From the human T2T-CHM13v2.0 reference genome, Homo sapiens: 64,000 bases of DNA. Under the pieces are notes generated by a model. That model was given only the letters and a program-made list of their open reading frames with translations, was not told the DNA's origin and did not search any database. Numbering within the stretch: the first letter of the stretch is position 1; every line of letters starts with the position of its first letter. Shown piece by piece: positions 60,881 to 64,000 of this stretch. The translations under genes were made by a program, and so were the position numbers. Where the stretch lies: NCBI RefSeq assembly GCF_009914755.1, contig NC_060928.1, one strand, 5' to 3'.

Positions 60881-63529
60881 GCTCCCATTTTATTGGCTCT
60901 AAATGTGGTCTTAGCTGAAGGCCAGTTGCTGAGAGTCAGCTTCTGGAAAAGAGATTGGCCCAGCCAACAAGAAAACTACTCTTTTAGGCCCCCGTGGCCT
61001 TTCCATTTAACATTACTTAATGATTCAGCACTGTTGCCTTTCTCCATCAGTTCACTCTCATCAGAAACATCTTTCTGTTCTCCTGTGCTGAGGACACATT
61101 TCACGGCTTGACAGGATTGCTGAGTATTTGTTATATCATTGTAATATGATTTTTTGAAAGAAAAGAGATAAAGCCAGACATCTTGAGCTAGAAGTGTTTA
61201 GTCAACAGTTGAGAATTGAGTGATACATAATTTCCATTGTGTTCTGTGCTGTCATCAGAATTCAGTGAGATAATACGTTCTCTGCACTGAAAAACCATGT
61301 CATAAGTTTGTATTTTCCACAGGACTAAGAACAATAAGTATTTTTACTGTTGAATAGCTAAAACCACCTTTTTTCAAAAACAGATTAACTCCTCCGAATT
61401 ATCTAGATAAATGTTCCAAAATCTTCCACTTATTGTTTCAAAATTTATAGTGCTTTTTGCCTTCTCAAAATATCATCTTTCTGTTTTCAAAACTAAGCTG
61501 AGAAATAGTCTCAGCTTTTGAATTGTAATGCAATGTTTTTGTTTTTTCTTTTTTTCTAATTTCTAGTACCCAGGAGTTAGACCAATGAGCGCTAAGAGTT
61601 CTTGGAATAGGGTGTATGTAGAGGTACCTTAAATATAAGGCTCCAAATGGAGGCTTAGGGCTCATTCCTTCCATTTGCAGCCTATATTCAACACTTTTCT
61701 ATTTCATTTATAATGTTACGCTCCTGTGGGACAATGGACATACCTCTATTCTAGAATTTCTCCAGTCTGTTGTATTTAGATTGTGAGTACCTCAAGGGTG
61801 TTTACATTTTCATTGTTAATACTATAAGGAGAAAAATATCTGTAAAATATCTGTCACTCAATAATAATTCTCTAAATGAATCAATCATATTTTTAAAAAC
61901 ATATTTTTCTGCTATACTAAGTATAAATGGCTCAAGCAAAGTGGAAGCTTTAAAATAACCATTTTGAATTTCTAAACAAAAATTTAAATAACTCCAATAG
62001 CTTAGTACTCACATAAGAAGAATCTACTTGACAACTAAAGGTTTTGTTTCTGAGCTGGTGGTTAGCTAATTAACTTGACCTAATCACATTATTGAATTGT
62101 GTATTTAGAACAAAGATCTGCCTCAGCAAATATTTTAACATGTTATTTTAGATTCTGATATGTGCACTCAGCTTTGAGAAAATACGTAGGTTCTTTGATT
62201 GCATTTTGAATAAAAAAACAGGCAATTAAAATTTATGGTTGTGAGGAGATCGAGAACTGGGAGAGTCTCCCTTTATTATATTTTCTTCCTAAGCATAAAT
62301 CATTATAATTGCTTTTGAAATAAACACAAATATGACTCAACAGTCTTATCAGCTATGGCTTCAACCCCCAAGATTTACTGTGCGGCCCTATGAGAATCAT
62401 AAGTAGCTAAGAAACTCACTTAGGAATTGATGACAGCAAAGTAACCTTTTGTGTACCACTGACATGGGCCTACCATGATCATTACTAGAAAGCTGTACTA
62501 ACTGCTGCAGACCTGCATTGCTGTGGAACAATGAAAATACGTCATGTAGGTTCAGCATCATTTCTATGTGATAAATCATTTTGACGGAATTACCAAGGTT
62601 TGATTTTGTTTGAAATGTACTAATCAGATAATGGATGCCGTGGGTTAGCTGATGGGTAAGAGCGGCGTCATTAATTGTTTCCTGGTGGCTGTTCAGGGCA
62701 GCACTGAGGGGCTGTCTCTGTTAGGGATGTGATTCTATATTGACAGCACTTAAAAATAACCCAAATCCGTAAATAGCCAGGGGAACTTTTGTTTGAAAAG
62801 AAAAAGAACCCTCCAGGATACGATTCATGAATCAAATTTTTGATAAGTGTAAACTTTGTGGATGGCTTTTTACAAATTTTATTTCTATGACCCTCCATTG
62901 CCTACCCCCATTTTCTCTCCCCATTAATAAAGCACTATGCACCTCATACACCATACAATTATTTATATATTCAATTACAGGCATAGCTTGGTGAAGATGA
63001 TTTAACTCCCTTCCCAATTAAATGGAAATTGAGACATGAGAAAGCTCAATGATGATTTGTGTTTTTAGCCAATCTTAGATGTCAAAATTCCAAGTAATAT
63101 TAAACCCATTTCTACAATGCTGTCTCCAGCAACCAGTGTGTGGTTATATAAATGGCGCATCATCCAAGAAATATAATGTGGATGTAGACAAGAATGTATC
63201 TTCAATCTATTATTTTCCTACAATTCACTATGCTCTCCATTTCAAGATAATTAAGACATTCGTCATTTTTGTTCTGTAATTTTGGTTTGTATTAGATGAA
63301 ATGTCATCATTCCTCAGAACATCTTGATTTCCTTATTTTGCCAAGTGACAGGTTTACTTTCTGTATTCTCCAGATGTGCTCTCTTTAAATGGATAAATCA
63401 AAATTTCCTGCCATTCTTCCCTGAGACTTCATCATTTTGGTAAGCTCCTGAAATTGGCAAATCAGGAAACCAAACTCCTTCCTCTCCAAGCAAAGAATGC
63501 TTGTGTTGTGGAGCAGATCTGCAGACACA

Positions 63530-63690
63530 GATTGTAATCCCTGCCCCACTTAAGACTTGCTAAGCCACGTTTGTAAGTCATTAAACTACAGTGAGGCTTC
63601 ATTTATTAAGTGGATTACTTCCTGACCTGGATGTGTCCTCTAAAATGAACCTGAAGAACTTTGTGCTTTGTAAGTATCTCTTAATATGTT
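63530..63690 (+). mobile_element. MIR-like fragment
   Basis: gtaatccctgccccactta...gtaagtcattaaact...tttgtgctttgtaagtatctc. Confidence 0.5.
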
Positions 63691-64000
63691 TGGTAATAAA
63701 GCAGCACAGTGCAAAAGAACTCTATTAAAATTGTGTTAGCAGAGGCAAGTAATCAAATATTATAAGTGGAGGAATAGAAAAGTACTAAAAAAAAAAGATG
63801 CCGACTAATACTAAACCCCAATGCTTTCAAAACAATGTGATAAAAGTAAAACAAAACAAAACAAAACAAAACTCACTCAGATTTTATTCATACTTTTAAG
63901 TAAAATAACCTAAATATACTTAAGCTTTATGTATCCATTTTCATAGAAGCATAAATTTGCATGATTGGAATGGATTTCTGCAACTATTTAATCCAACTAC

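Overview
Human genomic DNA: AT-rich, Alu/L1/L2/MIR/MaLR/hAT/Tigger repeats, and an AluYa5 carrying all five diagnostic bases. The one clear gene-related feature is a CpG-island promoter at about 10.7-11.3 kb. It has a minus-strand, apparently non-coding first exon (donor CAG|GTAGGA, exon end 10781), so 1-10780 is probably intron 1 and everything beyond ~11.3 kb is upstream/intergenic. From memory the exon resembles the PAK5 (PAK7) 5' UTR, but I cannot confirm that. No host protein-coding exon, RNA gene or novel multi-gene system is supported; the long ORFs are L1 ORF2 remnants, Alu read-through or GC-rich chance ORFs. The most interesting signals are small-scale: a 40-bp inverted templated insertion inside an MLT1 LTR, a ~210-bp L1 with a 16-nt twin-priming inversion, a candidate 51-nt 5'UTR exon creating a uORF stop/start overlap, a candidate spliced antisense transcript at the promoter, a 60-bp near-perfect palindrome, a 56-bp minisatellite, and a near-full-length old L1 holding four nested younger insertions. 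Repeat subfamily names are recalled from consensus sequences, not computed.
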